Program-made: the position numbers and the translations under genes
The notes under the pieces: model-generated
Told to the model about the DNA's origin: nothing
The model's input: only the letters and a program-made list of their open reading frames with translations
The model's database searches: none
Assembly (NCBI GenBank): GCA_024704765.1
Contig: JAKMXF010000188.1
Location: 300,718-364,717, forward strand
From: Oopsacas minuta
Lineage: Eukaryota; Animalia; Porifera
DNA length: 64,000 bases
Direction of reading: 5' to 3'
In this document: piece by piece, positions 1 to 11,960 of the stretch
Layout of the letters: every line of letters begins with the position of its first letter
Position numbering within the stretch: the first letter of the stretch is position 1

Positions 1-914
1 GGAGGTAAACAGGGGGCGTAGCCAAGCATCTTCTGTTTGTAGTTGTTGGCAACAGTAGGAACCCTCTTAAATATTTGGGATGCTAGCAACCCCATTGGCA
101 CATTTCTGTACTTAATGAATATCCCGAATATTCGAATACGATGTAGTACTCAGGGGGTCTTTGAACATCCTAGAACCAGGGATTGGTTAAACGAGTTTGG
201 CATTATTAAGCTGACAAATACCGCTGATGTAATGCTTTGGGCTAAATTGCACTGTTTCGGAATGAAATTAGTACATCAGCGGTTACCAACATGGGGGTCC
301 TTAGACCCCTATGGTAGTCCGTGGAGCCGTAAAACACCCAGGGAATCCACAGAATGTTTGAAAATTAGTACAAATACAGGGGTCCAAGAGTGAAAAGGCT
401 GCCAACTGTTGTACTACAGAATTATAGAAATACATGTCATGATTGTCGTCAATCCATAAAAGGAAAAACAAAGAGTGGTGAAACAAGGAATAGAAACTTA
501 TCCTTGTTCATTGAAAAATGGTTTTAAAATTTCGGCGACGATATGAAAAGCCTGAAGAAGTGCATGCAAACTATGAATAAGGCATCCCTATCCCCATATT
601 GAATTCATGTCTAATAAACAAATTTAAATATAACTTCATCAATCACACATATATCCCTACTGTCCCATAGATAAGGAAATACAAAATAAAATTACTAGGG
701 CGTAACTAGCATTGAGGCAGAGGAGGCAGTTGCCGTGTTGCCTATCTCCCTATTGAAATCACCATTATATTGTGGCAAATAATTATCCTTGCCTCCTCGC
801 TCTTAGATCTCTAGTTTCACCCCAGAATTAGTTATGTATTTCAAAAATAATTTCAGTAAAAAGATTACCTAAATACTAAATACATAGACTCGATATAAAA
901 TCAAAATAGAACCA

Positions 915-2150
915 TTATTTAGCAATTTTCTCATCGCAAGCATAGTCTTGACTATCTCCATTATAGCTATAGCCGAAGATAATGAAATCATCAAGAAAAA
1001 TCTCATGCAGTTTCTCACGGAGATTCTGTGGAATATCACGGAAGTACTCATTACACTTTTCACGTGTAGCCTTCCTTTGATATTTCTCGAAATATATGGG
1101 AGGATTCGATTCTTTGTTTTTCTGCAGGTGATCAACTAATATTTGTGATTCTTCATTGAAAAAATCATGGTCTATAAGTATGTCATAGTTTACAACACAA
1201 GGATTACAGAGGTAAGTTATTGGAGTCCAATGATTATCTAATTCATACAATATATTCTTATCCAGGAAGCTAGTAACCCACGTAACAAACTCTAAAAATG
1301 TAATGTTTAATTTTTCTCCAGGCAATTTTATACGTTGTTGCTGATTCTTAATTTCTTGCTTGTCTTCTAATGACAGCTTAGCATAGTTCTCAGATTTCGT
1401 ATTATTATTCTCCAAATAATTAACTGTGATAATCTGCTTAATGTATTTGAGAGCAAAACTGAATTTCTTCATACTTTCCCCAAGTTTGTCACAATAAGCT
1501 GAGACAAGCCGTTCGAGTGGGTGTCTATAGACGAAGAATTTAGTGTATGTCTGTACACGACGTGCTGTATCCAAAGTAGGACTCAAATATTCAAATATAC
1601 TAAATTTAGAATACGTCACTTCTCCGTCATATCCTAACATACTTGCGAATTTTATTGCCCATATATGGGACCCTGCTTTTGGTACCACACAGTTTAACAC
1701 TTCATAAGCATCATTAAATCGCATGAAAAATACATCTGAATTAACAGCGAGTCTATAGTTCAATTCGCCTTCTATTTTCCTGCAGTGTTCTTTAACAGAG
1801 TTTCTACGCTCCAAGAATTTCGGATATACTTGTGCTAAAGGATGATTGCCTTTACTTTCCATTACTTCGATGTATTCATCTGTAAGGAGTATTTGTTTAC
1901 CTTTGATTTCTATCAGTATTTTACCATTCCAGTTATTTCTGTAATCAATCCATGATTGATTAACTGAGGAAATATTCAAGGAAACATTCTTAAATATTTC
2001 CTCGTTGCTAAGAAAACCTTTCTTCCCTTGGAAAACTAATATTTGATACTTATCTGATTTCATAGAAATATAGTGATAGATACTTGCAGCGATAAATAGG
2101 ATTGACAGGCATATTAATATATATTTCCATCTCTTTGTACAAATCATCAT
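915..2150 (-). CDS. Carbohydrate sulfotransferase, CHST8-14/HNK-1ST family (Sulfotransfer_2), type II Golgi membrane protein, 411 aa, single exon
   Basis: N-terminal TM anchor (WKYILICLSILFIAASIYHY); 5'-PAPS motif CVVPKAGSHIW; 3'-PAPS motif FFVYRHPLERLVSAY; family C-terminal HWTPITYLCNPCVVNYD and DDFIIFGY. Confidence 0.9.
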   Translation of the reverse strand: MMICTKRWKYILICLSILFIAASIYHYISMKSDKYQILVFQGKKGFLSNEEIFKNVSLNISSVNQSWIDYRNNWNGKILIEIKGKQILLTDEYIEVMESKGNHPLAQVYPKFLERRNSVKEHCRKIEGELNYRLAVNSDVFFMRFNDAYEVLNCVVPKAGSHIWAIKFASMLGYDGEVTYSKFSIFEYLSPTLDTARRVQTYTKFFVYRHPLERLVSAYCDKLGESMKKFSFALKYIKQIITVNYLENNNTKSENYAKLSLEDKQEIKNQQQRIKLPGEKLNITFLEFVTWVTSFLDKNILYELDNHWTPITYLCNPCVVNYDILIDHDFFNEESQILVDHLQKNKESNPPIYFEKYQRKATREKCNEYFRDIPQNLREKLHEIFLDDFIIFGYSYNGDSQDYACDEKIAK

Positions 2151-5100
2151 GGTTAACTCTAATTACATAAAGTATACGTATACTATCTGGATCAAACTGA
2201 CACAATATTAATTAGGGGTCTAGCACAAATAAATCCTTCCACAATATAAGAAATTATGTAAATATAGACATCGTTATCCCGCTCTCAATGGAAAAGTGTT
2301 TCACTAGTGCAAAAAACTTCCCCAACACCAACAATTTGTAGATAAAGACCCTGATCCCCTCCCAAAGGTAGTTACTTATCACGCATGCGGATTTACATTT
2401 TAATATACAGTTAACATCCGGTAACAAGAATCCAACCCTCAGGGGAATCAAAATCTGTCCGAGATAGAGAATGTTCGAGTTAACGGATGGCCTCCCATTT
2501 ATTTAAGCTGAACGATCACATTTAATTATGTCAATGTAAATATACACTGGATGTCGGTTTTAAGAACATCATCGGGAGAAAAATATGACCCTTATATAAG
2601 ATTGAGTGGCAAATTAAAGTAATTTTCGGCAATAATTCGAATTCATATAATTTCTTAATTCAAGCTATCGCTATAAATGCTGGTCACTTGGAGAGTATGG
2701 TTTTCTATATAAATCGAATATTAAAATGAGGGTAAAGTGATTATGCACAGAAAGAGATGTGTTTGTAAATACCAAACTTACATGTCCTTACATTTTACTG
2801 GGCTGACTATACTAGTGCCCAGTTCTGAAATGAGCGGTTCTGTTTTTGTATTTTTATATATGTACACTCCCTGGCCACACCATTTGTGTTCCAGAGCCCA
2901 AGGTTATACTCAAAATTACACATAATCTACTGAGTGTAGTTTAAGTTAAACATTTCCTGCGTCACATTACGACACAATTATCACACTTTTGACCATTTAT
3001 ACCACCAGCAAAAGTTTATCCATAATTTCTTGACCAAAATACATTCTTAAGATTCACAAAGAAATTCTTCATATAATAGTTCTTCAAAACTTTGAAATCA
3101 CTAAAGAAATAGACGCCACTATCCAACCATAATGTGCATTTAAAATTGGCCCGAATATTTAATTATAATGTGTTACATATAGCATTATGTCATCAGTAAT
3201 AATTCTTGGAGGCACTATGAAAGGTTAACTTAAATCTCAAAACAAATAGTGACTCCAATTAATAATGACGCCTTTTAAACAAATTTAATTATAGACTAAG
3301 CTGTCGGCACAGGTTGTAATTTTATTATTTTTTTTAATTTCTTAAGGCCCCAGGTCAAATCCGAGTTATAATGTATATTTAATCCGCGCCTGCTGGCCGC
3401 ATTCCTAGAACCGTGGGGCCTTAAGCCATGGATTACTTGGCTTATTGGTTAATCCGGCACTGAGTGCCGGGGTTTCTCCACACATAAATAAACTCAGAGC
3501 GCTCATTCAGGGAAAAACGCTATATGCATAAGTGGATGTGTTGAAGTGAGAGAATAAGGTGAGAAGTATTACCTAGATATTTAGAATTAACCTCCTTGCT
3601 CTTTCTTCATATTTCTCTTATTTTCTCTTGTTTACAATCCTTAATCCGTTCTCTCTTCCTCTCGTGCCCAATTTCCTCCCGCCCTCACACTAATTATCCT
3701 TCTTAAAGAGCTTCTCTTTCGCTATATTCCCGTACACTATTTCCACAATTTATAGACACAATTCTTTCTATATATGAGAGATTCGAATACAAATTTTGCA
3801 TATTTCCAAGTTTCGGATTATGCAGGTTCTAGTTCAATAAATTTACACTATTTTAATTTAATACGAGCCGCTTTGCTTGCTCGCTGCGCGGCTTATGAAC
3901 ACTTTATGTGACGTGAGACTCAGCACTTCGTGCCTCTATTTTAGCAAAGTTTACTGCTAAATTATTTTTTCAACTGTTTGTTTACTTTAGAATCATAAAC
4001 AACAATAAATTTACAAATGAGAAACTTGAAAAAATCGGATTCAGCGTACTTGATTACCCCTTATATCTGTTTAGAGCAAGTCTCTAAGTATATTTCGAGA
4101 TTTCAATTATTTGTTTACTCTACGTATATATATAATTGTTTCCTACACTACAATACTCTCTTGGATATATACATGGTCGTAGGCATTGGTAGGGTTGTAG
4201 GTCTGCCAATAATTCTACTTTTCACATAACGACTACTAGAATAGTGTGTACATTGCTCAAAGGGCACTACCTAACTACACCCCGAATATATTCCACTGTA
4301 TAGGAGTAACATACACAATATATTTCTCACATTTAGTTATTCAGAAATTTAAGGCTTTCGGAATAAAATATGTCAAAAGCGCTTAAGCCCGTGTTACAAG
4401 GGTTTGGGCTTGCACTTGAGCCTTTAGAAAGGGCTTAACCGCATGCCTGGAATCAGTAGCAGATCTAGGGGGGATCTGGGGGATGCATCTCCACCAGGAT
4501 AAATATACATGATATAGAATCATAATGGTATTGAAAATTCTGTTAATACGCAGAAACATTTCTCAAATTGTAACCCCGTAAATTTTCTGCCCGCTTCGCT
4601 CGCATCTTAACTTCAATATCATATTATTATATAACACAATTCTTACGTACATAGATATACCTTGATTGATCTAAGGACGGAAGTTGTGTGAGCTGTAACG
4701 CTAGGTATATAGATTAATATGAGTAAAGACAACAACACAATTATCTTATGATTGATAGGTTGCGTTTGAAACAAAGCTTTAACATACATTAGCCCCCAAT
4801 TTATTTGCATATGATCATGTACAAAGAATATTACATATTCATATTCAGTAGAACTCAAGTTAAAATGGATTAGATAGGAGAAAATTTCGGTTATTAGAAT
4901 ACTTCTAATCCGAGAGAACGTCTTGAGTCGAATTTTACAATAGAAAATGAGGAAATGTACGTACATAGTCAATCGAAAAAAGTCAAATGAGATTGGGCTG
5001 TTAAGAGAAAAATTCGAGTTTTGAAGCTACCTCTTACTGAAAGTAGAAGGGCAACGTAAGTGGTAGTAAATAGGGCCTGTCGTCTAGGGGTTAATAGCGC

Positions 5101-5726
5101 CCCCCAAACCCCCAACTGGATGATTATCCCCCCACCAGCATTTCTGCCATGCGCCCCATGCCTGGAATAAATAATTAAATAAATAAGTAAATATGCGGGT
5201 ACTACAGTTGAAGTAGACTAAGTAGTAAGAACTTTGTAGAATAAACAGAGAAACAAAAGAGACAAGTAAATTCTTCTGCAAAGGTAAATTACTAACTTTA
5301 ACTATATAATTACATCAGAATTTACCCTCAATTTAGATAAATTTCACAATGGCTTGAAACAGTACTTTTTTGCTCTCATTCTTCGAGTCGACCCAGGTAG
5401 TAAGATTGGGGTACCACCCAAATTTGGAGGGGCCGAAAAAATTCTTACAAAATTACCAAAAAAATGGGGGAGCCCCCCAAATAGAACCCTACAGATTCTT
5501 CGTGGTAATTATTGAAAATTATTACTACCTGTGTTGTGTTATGCAAAAATAGAAAAGTAAGTAGATATGGACCTCCTGTAGTGTGTGATGTGATGTATTG
5601 TATGACTTCAAATTATGATAATAATTCTACCCTGATGAGAATTCTACGCTGTTATCAATATATGCCCAAGCAGTTCCAAGTATAAAGTATACGTAGAATT
5701 GATTGATAAGAATATTCTTGGAAGAC

Positions 5727-8700
5727 ATGAGCCAAAATACCCCAGTTCTAATACCAGGAGTTGTACAAGAATACTCTTGTTATTGCCAACGCAAGAGTAA
5801 CATAATGAAAAGATGGACAAATGCTAGGATCACTATCATCCGAAAATTTAATGTTGAACCTCTCTTTCAAGTTGTAGACAATGGAGATGAAAATTTCGAG
5901 AATCTATTCACGCTTACACCTGGTGAGAACGATATTGAATTCTACGAATACATTGATAATAATCCTCATGAGCCAGATAAATTCCTGGGAATAACCGTCA
6001 CTTGTAAACGAGAAAAATCGTCAAATACTTTCAAAATGAAAGACATAACACAACAGAGATGGTTGATGGCTTGTCTAGGTGCTACAGGGCGCGGTCTCTT
6101 CTCTCCAATCCTAGGGGTTGAAGAGAGAAAGATAGAGAAACAATGGGCGGGTATTTGGGACAAAACTCACGGAATCGATCCCTTACAAACGGCTACAGAC
6201 ATCAGCATTTCAATTCAACAAACACTTTCCACCAACCCATATAAGGAACTACCTAAATATACTGAAAGGGATTTGAACGTGTACATGAAAGTACCTTCAT
6301 ACCGAACAGAGCAACATGATAACAAGATGCTAACTGAACCTTTGAGAGTGCTACAGGAAGGAAAACTGATAACGAACAGACAGCTTCATGATACTTTTCT
6401 ACCACCAATTGGCCCAGCAGTACATGTTCTAATTAGCATTGGATTCGACTTGGAAGTAGGTCTACAACCTGGACAACAAGAGCTATGGGATCCTGTCTTA
6501 AAATCGCGGATTTTCATCGATCACATTCAACAAGAAACATTCAATGAAGATCCAAGGCCAGTCAAACAAACACCTTTGCAATTGGAATGTCGTCAGCTGA
6601 TATACGGAGCGGATCGGTTAGAGCCAGGAGTCCCACGGGGCGATGAGACTAGTCCCACTGTCTTCTATCACGTTGATAAAGCAGTGAGCAAGAAAGAGAG
6701 ATGGGGAGCATGGATAGTAGCGAAAGGAATTGATGGAATACACGGACCTAGTGGGCAGATGGGAACAATGGGAGAATTAGGCCATGATGGATCACATGCT
6801 GTGTCTGGTTCCAGCGGAGGCACAGGACGCCCTGGAGGCCCAGGTGGAACTGGGGGTCCAGGGTATCCTGGAATAGATGGAGCTCCAGGAACTCAAGGGA
6901 CTAATGGTTCAGACCTCTCATTGTACATATCTGGACAACCTGAAAATCTGAATATAAACGGAGCACTAGAAGATTGCGTAAATTTAGGTGGTGAGGGTAG
7001 CGAGTACATTCTGTGTGTGGACTGCACTGGAGGGCATGGAGGTCATGGAGGTCATGGAGGTCAGGGAGGTCAGGGAGGGACAGGAGGACAAGGGGGGCAT
7101 GGTGGAAAAGGGGCCAGTGGTGGTTATGGTGCTGGAGGAGATGGAGGAAATGGGGGTCAGGGAGGTAAAGGTGGTCAAGGAGGTATAGGCAGGAATGGTG
7201 GAAGAGGTGGTGATGCTGCGAATTCTGGAAATGGAGGTCATTGTATCATCCACTCTAGTGATCCTAAGCTGCTACATCTAGTCGAAGTAGCAGTAAATGC
7301 TGGAGAACCTGGAAAGGGTGGAAACTTTGGGTTTGGAGGGGATGGTGGGGATGGAGGGGGTGGTGGACATGGGGGTAGAGGGGGACATGGTGGCCGTGGT
7401 GGGGGACATCCTATGACGGGGTACGAAGCTAGTGGTCGACCTGGGTTATCAGGATCAACGGGATCGAGTGGTGTTGTTGGGTACCAAGGCCATAATGGGC
7501 TGCCGGGCATTAACGGAGCTAAGGGGCTTGTTGGCGGTTTGTTGTTCGTACACCTTAGCCCGGATGGTCAAACTGTTATTGAACAATCTGGTTACAGATA
7601 TCATGTTAAAGTGGATGCTAAATCACTCAATATTAGATCAGCAGTAGACGATGGGATATTTGAGCCTAACGAGGAAATCACAATAGACAAGTTAACCTTA
7701 CAGAACATTGGTTGCATGACATTACCTGAAGGGGCAATAGTATCTATGGTGTCAACTACAACTGTAAAATTCCATCCAACTACAGTCAGACTTCCAATTC
7801 TAGCTCCAGAACAAACAATGACCATTACTCAAGAATATATAGGTAGAATATTTGATGTTCCACCACCGAATTCTGAGGGGCAATATTTGGGTGAGGCAAT
7901 CTTTGAGACCAGAGTTGATCTCTTAGGACGACCTTTCGACAGTGCAAAAACAATCCATAGACTCATCGTTCAATATCCAGTAAAGGTAGATAATATTGGT
8001 ATACCGGAGAATATTGGTAGAGGTGAACAAGCTAGTATTCATATTACTTTGACTAACATATCAACAATACATTATGGTAACTACCCTCAATCAGGTGGAG
8101 AAATAGCTTTGAGAGTTCATTTTGATAAGAGGCTGCTACCTTTTGCGATTGTAACAAAAGATTCGAGCTGTCCATACAGAATACATTATGACCCTAATGT
8201 ACCAAATAGTTTCTATGTAGATGTAATTAAAATACAATCTGCTAGCAAAATTACTGTCACTTTCAATGTTGCCTTGTCGAATACTGCTGAGTTGTTTGAC
8301 AGATGTCCAGTGCAAGTAGATCTTATCTTGAGAGGAAAACTGATTGAGTACCGCCAGCATTTTATTCGTGTCATACCCTTTTATATCCCTTCACATCCAC
8401 CAGCTGATATTCTGTTCGTAACTGATAAATCTATTTCAAGAAAGGAGTTCGTTCTCTGGCAAAGACTATTCGAATTACTGGGTGTGCAAGTTGATTTCTG
8501 GGACAGAGATAGGTTCGATGGTTTCTCTTACAAAGGTGTCACAAGACGTAGACATGAAGTTAGTTGGATAGGGAAACATAGCGGGTCTCTTATTCTATTT
8601 CCAAACTCTCCCTTCCAATATTTCGATCCTATTGATGTTGTTACGCATCTGAAGGATAATAGTAGAGTAGGTGTTGATGCAAATTCGGTCTCTAATGATT

Positions 8701-8756
8701 CTGCAGTCCTATTTATAGATTCTCCTCCTTCGGAAGTAACAAGTCTAACGAGATAA
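5727..8756 (+). CDS. Large uncharacterised protein with central Gly-rich (GxGGxGG) region followed by a beta-rich domain; main ORF, continues in two downstream frames
   Basis: 1017-aa ORF with first ATG at 5727; Gly-rich tract ~6730-7540; followed by RYHVKVD..DDGIFEPNEEITIDKLTLQNIG and QYPVKVD motifs; stop TAA overlaps the next ATG (TAATG, 8754-8758). Confidence 0.8.
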   Translation: MSQNTPVLIPGVVQEYSCYCQRKSNIMKRWTNARITIIRKFNVEPLFQVVDNGDENFENLFTLTPGENDIEFYEYIDNNPHEPDKFLGITVTCKREKSSNTFKMKDITQQRWLMACLGATGRGLFSPILGVEERKIEKQWAGIWDKTHGIDPLQTATDISISIQQTLSTNPYKELPKYTERDLNVYMKVPSYRTEQHDNKMLTEPLRVLQEGKLITNRQLHDTFLPPIGPAVHVLISIGFDLEVGLQPGQQELWDPVLKSRIFIDHIQQETFNEDPRPVKQTPLQLECRQLIYGADRLEPGVPRGDETSPTVFYHVDKAVSKKERWGAWIVAKGIDGIHGPSGQMGTMGELGHDGSHAVSGSSGGTGRPGGPGGTGGPGYPGIDGAPGTQGTNGSDLSLYISGQPENLNINGALEDCVNLGGEGSEYILCVDCTGGHGGHGGHGGQGGQGGTGGQGGHGGKGASGGYGAGGDGGNGGQGGKGGQGGIGRNGGRGGDAANSGNGGHCIIHSSDPKLLHLVEVAVNAGEPGKGGNFGFGGDGGDGGGGGHGGRGGHGGRGGGHPMTGYEASGRPGLSGSTGSSGVVGYQGHNGLPGINGAKGLVGGLLFVHLSPDGQTVIEQSGYRYHVKVDAKSLNIRSAVDDGIFEPNEEITIDKLTLQNIGCMTLPEGAIVSMVSTTTVKFHPTTVRLPILAPEQTMTITQEYIGRIFDVPPPNSEGQYLGEAIFETRVDLLGRPFDSAKTIHRLIVQYPVKVDNIGIPENIGRGEQASIHITLTNISTIHYGNYPQSGGEIALRVHFDKRLLPFAIVTKDSSCPYRIHYDPNVPNSFYVDVIKIQSASKITVTFNVALSNTAELFDRCPVQVDLILRGKLIEYRQHFIRVIPFYIPSHPPADILFVTDKSISRKEFVLWQRLFELLGVQVDFWDRDRFDGFSYKGVTRRRHEVSWIGKHSGSLILFPNSPFQYFDPIDVVTHLKDNSRVGVDANSVSNDSAVLFIDSPPSEVTSLTR

Positions 8757-9657
8757 TGAAGAAATATTTGCGGTGTATCTGTCTGCAGGCTCCCAAAATA
8801 ACTCTAGAAGGAAAGGATTATGGAGGTAATCACCTGACTGGTCCTGACCCCAATGATTTCAAAGACAAACGGAATGAAATAATCAAAAACATTGAAATGG
8901 AATCACCTGTATGTAGGCACTACATTTCAAATCTTGAACATAATCCACGACGACTTAAATTCCTTTCTTTCACTTACGGGACATTAGATATTCATCGGTT
9001 CCCTATTGAGCCGACCTCCAAGTTTGTGATTGTGACGAGGTCAGTGAATCGATTCACTTTAGATGATCAACACTTAAGTGTGGAGCAAAAAGAAATCCCC
9101 TGGGTAGTGATTGGGGGCAGACATTGCTCTATATTCTCTATGGACTCCCTTGTCATATAAAATTCTCAATTTTGCAGGGAAATCGTGATGAAGAGATTTC
9201 CACAAAATTCGTAACACCTTCTGGTACAATTATAGAACTCATAGAGTTAGTACATTTATCTCTTACTAAGGAGATAATCGCAGAGGTCAGCTGTCTTTCA
9301 TTAAACCTTTCCAAACTAGCTGCACTTACTACTCGTATTGTTGGAGACTTGGATACATTTATCAAGAAATGTATTCATATATTCCCGATAATCACAGCAG
9401 TTAAAATATACGCGGAAGAGAATATTCCGAAAAAACATAAAGAAGTCAAGCTGAAAGTGTTCGAATATTGCAGGCAGATTAAACAGGGATTGATCCAGTT
9501 GGGTGGGAAGGCTATTCGAGAACAGTTCCGAACATGTAAGAGTTTTTCTGTAAAGAAGAGAAGAATCTATTTTGATAATCTAGTCAATAGTGAACACACA
9601 TTTGAGCCTCACGTCTACAATCTAAACCAGCTGAATAATGAATTGACTCTAGTATAA
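8756..9657 (+). CDS. C-terminal continuation of the Gly-rich protein, in two successive -1 frames (8756-9160 and 9124-9657)
   Basis: Both ORFs are protein-like, contiguous with the upstream ORF and each offset by -1; no intergenic space between them. Confidence 0.6.
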
Positions 9658-10390
9658 TTCAATATTCAGCTGTCAGTTTATTTGAACTCATTTTATATTT
9701 ATTCCATTATTCTTGACCTAACAAATATATTTATAATAGTCGTTGATTACTTATCATCAGGAGATAATTATACAGGTTATTCGGCGCAAACTCCTACCGC
9801 TCCTCTTCTCAATTTTCATATGCCTAAATCAGTAAATATTGTTACGATATTTGAGAAAAATACCCAAATTTCACTCTCCTAAATATAATTTCATTAAAAA
9901 TCATACGCCTAGAGGAGCGTCTGGCGCTCCTAGATAATTCCCTGGTTGTCACCATGTCCTCGATGTATAGTTTAGCAAATAGAGTTCTGATGCAATGAAA
10001 AGCATTTCCCTTTCGATGTTTGCTACGTCGAATTAATACAATTAGCTCTATAACAACTGCAAAGTCTTCTTCAGAGATACCTACACATAACATATTTAAA
10101 AAAAGTCAGGCTAATGATATTCTCTACAGCGTCATGGTACAAAATTCTCTGTATTTTCCCATAAACATGAACAGTTTGAAATGCCTTGGACCTCTTTTGT
10201 GTCACAGAATTTTTATGAGAATGTTGTTGGAAACTAATCACATTAATTAATTCGAATCCGTGTCCAAATAATCAGGTATATTTGGAAATGCCGCTTGGTT
10301 TTCACCTAATCCTCCCATATTTTGATTGATTCAGATGAGGAAATTGTTCAAGAAGTTTTCCCAGCGGTTTCTAGCGGTTTCCAACAGTTT

Positions 10391-10550
10391 CTACCATGTT
10401 CTACTATGTTCTACCATGTTCTACCATATTCTACCATATTCCACCATGTTCTACCATATTCTGCCATATTCTGCCATATTCTACCATGTTCTATCGTGTT
10501 CCGCCATGTTCTACCATGTTCTAACATGTTCCAGCATGCTCTATCGTGTT
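10391..10550. repeat. 10-bp tandem repeat (CTACCATRTT) x16
   Basis: Visible period-10 array, e.g. ctaccatgtt/ctaccatatt/ctgccatatt. Confidence 0.95.
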
Positions 10551-11826
10551 TTTCAAAATTTGGATTAATCATATGTAAATTCATTGTTGTTTTTATGAAT
10601 ATATAGTAAACAAATTTCAAATTGGTGTAGTATCATATTTTTTAACGGACTATACTGCGGTAATCGAGTATGCTGAGTCCAAATGTGATATTGTATACAA
10701 CATTTCATAAAATTTATTCACTTTTGGGGACATAAAGTAAGCAGATTTAAAGATTATGGCAGTTTCATTTTTGCTACGGGTAAGATTATGAAGTTTATGT
10801 ACTCGAGGGCCGTATGCACGAGTGTGGCACGAAGTGTTTGCAACCGCGTAGCAAGAGCAAGCGAAGCGCGCGCTCGTTTGATAAATATATGAATTCGTTG
10901 CAAACTAGCTGAAAGGATTTGAACTGTTTGGGAATGTTTGCAACTGGTTGAATTTATTTGAATGTGCTGGAACTTTTCGCAAATGTTCGGAACTAGTTTA
11001 ATATGTGTTTTACTGCGTTGGTAACTATTGGAATGTGTTATACCTGGTTTGAATGTTTTGGAATTAGTTGGAAACTTAAATTTATGACTATTCAAATGTC
11101 TATCCATTTACATTCACTTGTTTATTATTTTATTTCAGTTTCCCTCGTGTATTTATCTCTTTATCATATATAGTGGATTCCAGAGAATATTGTTATGTGG
11201 TTTAGAAGTTTGGCTATTTGTTTAGAATAGCAAATAATTCTCAATTTTTGAAGAGAATAATTTGCTAAGTAGTAGTATATCTCTTGAATCCTCTACAATG
11301 GAAATCCTGTGGGAATCCATAGGAATTCTCAGGAATTCCCATAGGATTTCATATGGAATTTCAGAATTCCAGTTCTGATTTCCTTTCTAAGTATGATCGT
11401 GTTTGAGTAGGTAGTGTTCACTTTGATTTGTCTTTTTGCACAAATCAAAATGAACACAGCAGTTTCCAACAGTTTCCACCTGTTCCTAGGAGTTTTCTGA
11501 ACGAAGAGAGCGCAATTTTGTGATTTTTATTCGCAAACAACTTTGATCAGTATAATACTTTCATTGAAATTTTGAGTGGTTTGGATGAATATATAATGAA
11601 TAGTTCACAAATATTAATTGCAAGTCCTTTTTGATGATTCATTAAAAGTTTATGCAAATGTGTCCTATTAACCAAAGTACACTAAAATAGTTCGATCATG
11701 CTAACAATGCACAAAAGGAATGACTCTCATTGAGCATCATTATATATCATCCTCACATATAATTGTACTAGATGGAAATAAGTAACTCACTTGACTTCCT
11801 AATTCTGGTATTTCTGCTTCCTTCCT

Positions 11827-11960
11827 GGTTGCATATCCACGTAGTCAGGGTTTGGGATTGGTTGCATTTCTAGGTAGTCAGGATTTGGGATTGGTTGCAT
11901 TTCTAGGTAGTCAGGATTTGGGATTGGTTGCATTTCTAGGTAGTCAGGGTTTGGGATTGG
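11827..11960 (-). repeat. 33-bp coding minisatellite (~4 copies) encoding QPIPNPDYLEM
   Basis: GTAGTCAGG recurs at 11841, 11874, 11907, 11940; minus-strand ORF 11799-12047 reads (QPIPNPDYLEM)x3 QPIPNPDYVDM. Confidence 0.95.

Noticed and set aside
43-393. 116-aa plus-strand ORF
   Set aside because: Non-ATG start, no recognisable motif, overlaps GC-rich MITE-like fragments
696-824. Small MITE-like element upstream of the sulfotransferase stop
   Set aside because: TIRs too degenerate and TSD unconvincing
6984-7825. Antisense and alternate-frame ORFs (Pro-rich, Ser/Thr-rich)
   Set aside because: Shadows of the Gly-rich coding tract
8754-8758. TAATG overlap as a sign of a bacterial operon or contaminant
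   Set aside because: Surrounding DNA has spliceosomal-intron genes and animal transposons; no Shine-Dalgarno pattern or operon context
10322-10620. Three repetitive ORFs
   Set aside because: Produced by the 10-bp tandem array, which has few stop codons
11827-11960. Possible CRISPR array (33-bp period)
   Set aside because: Head-to-tail repeats without unique spacers, eukaryotic context, no cas genes; the same applies to the 140/142-bp units
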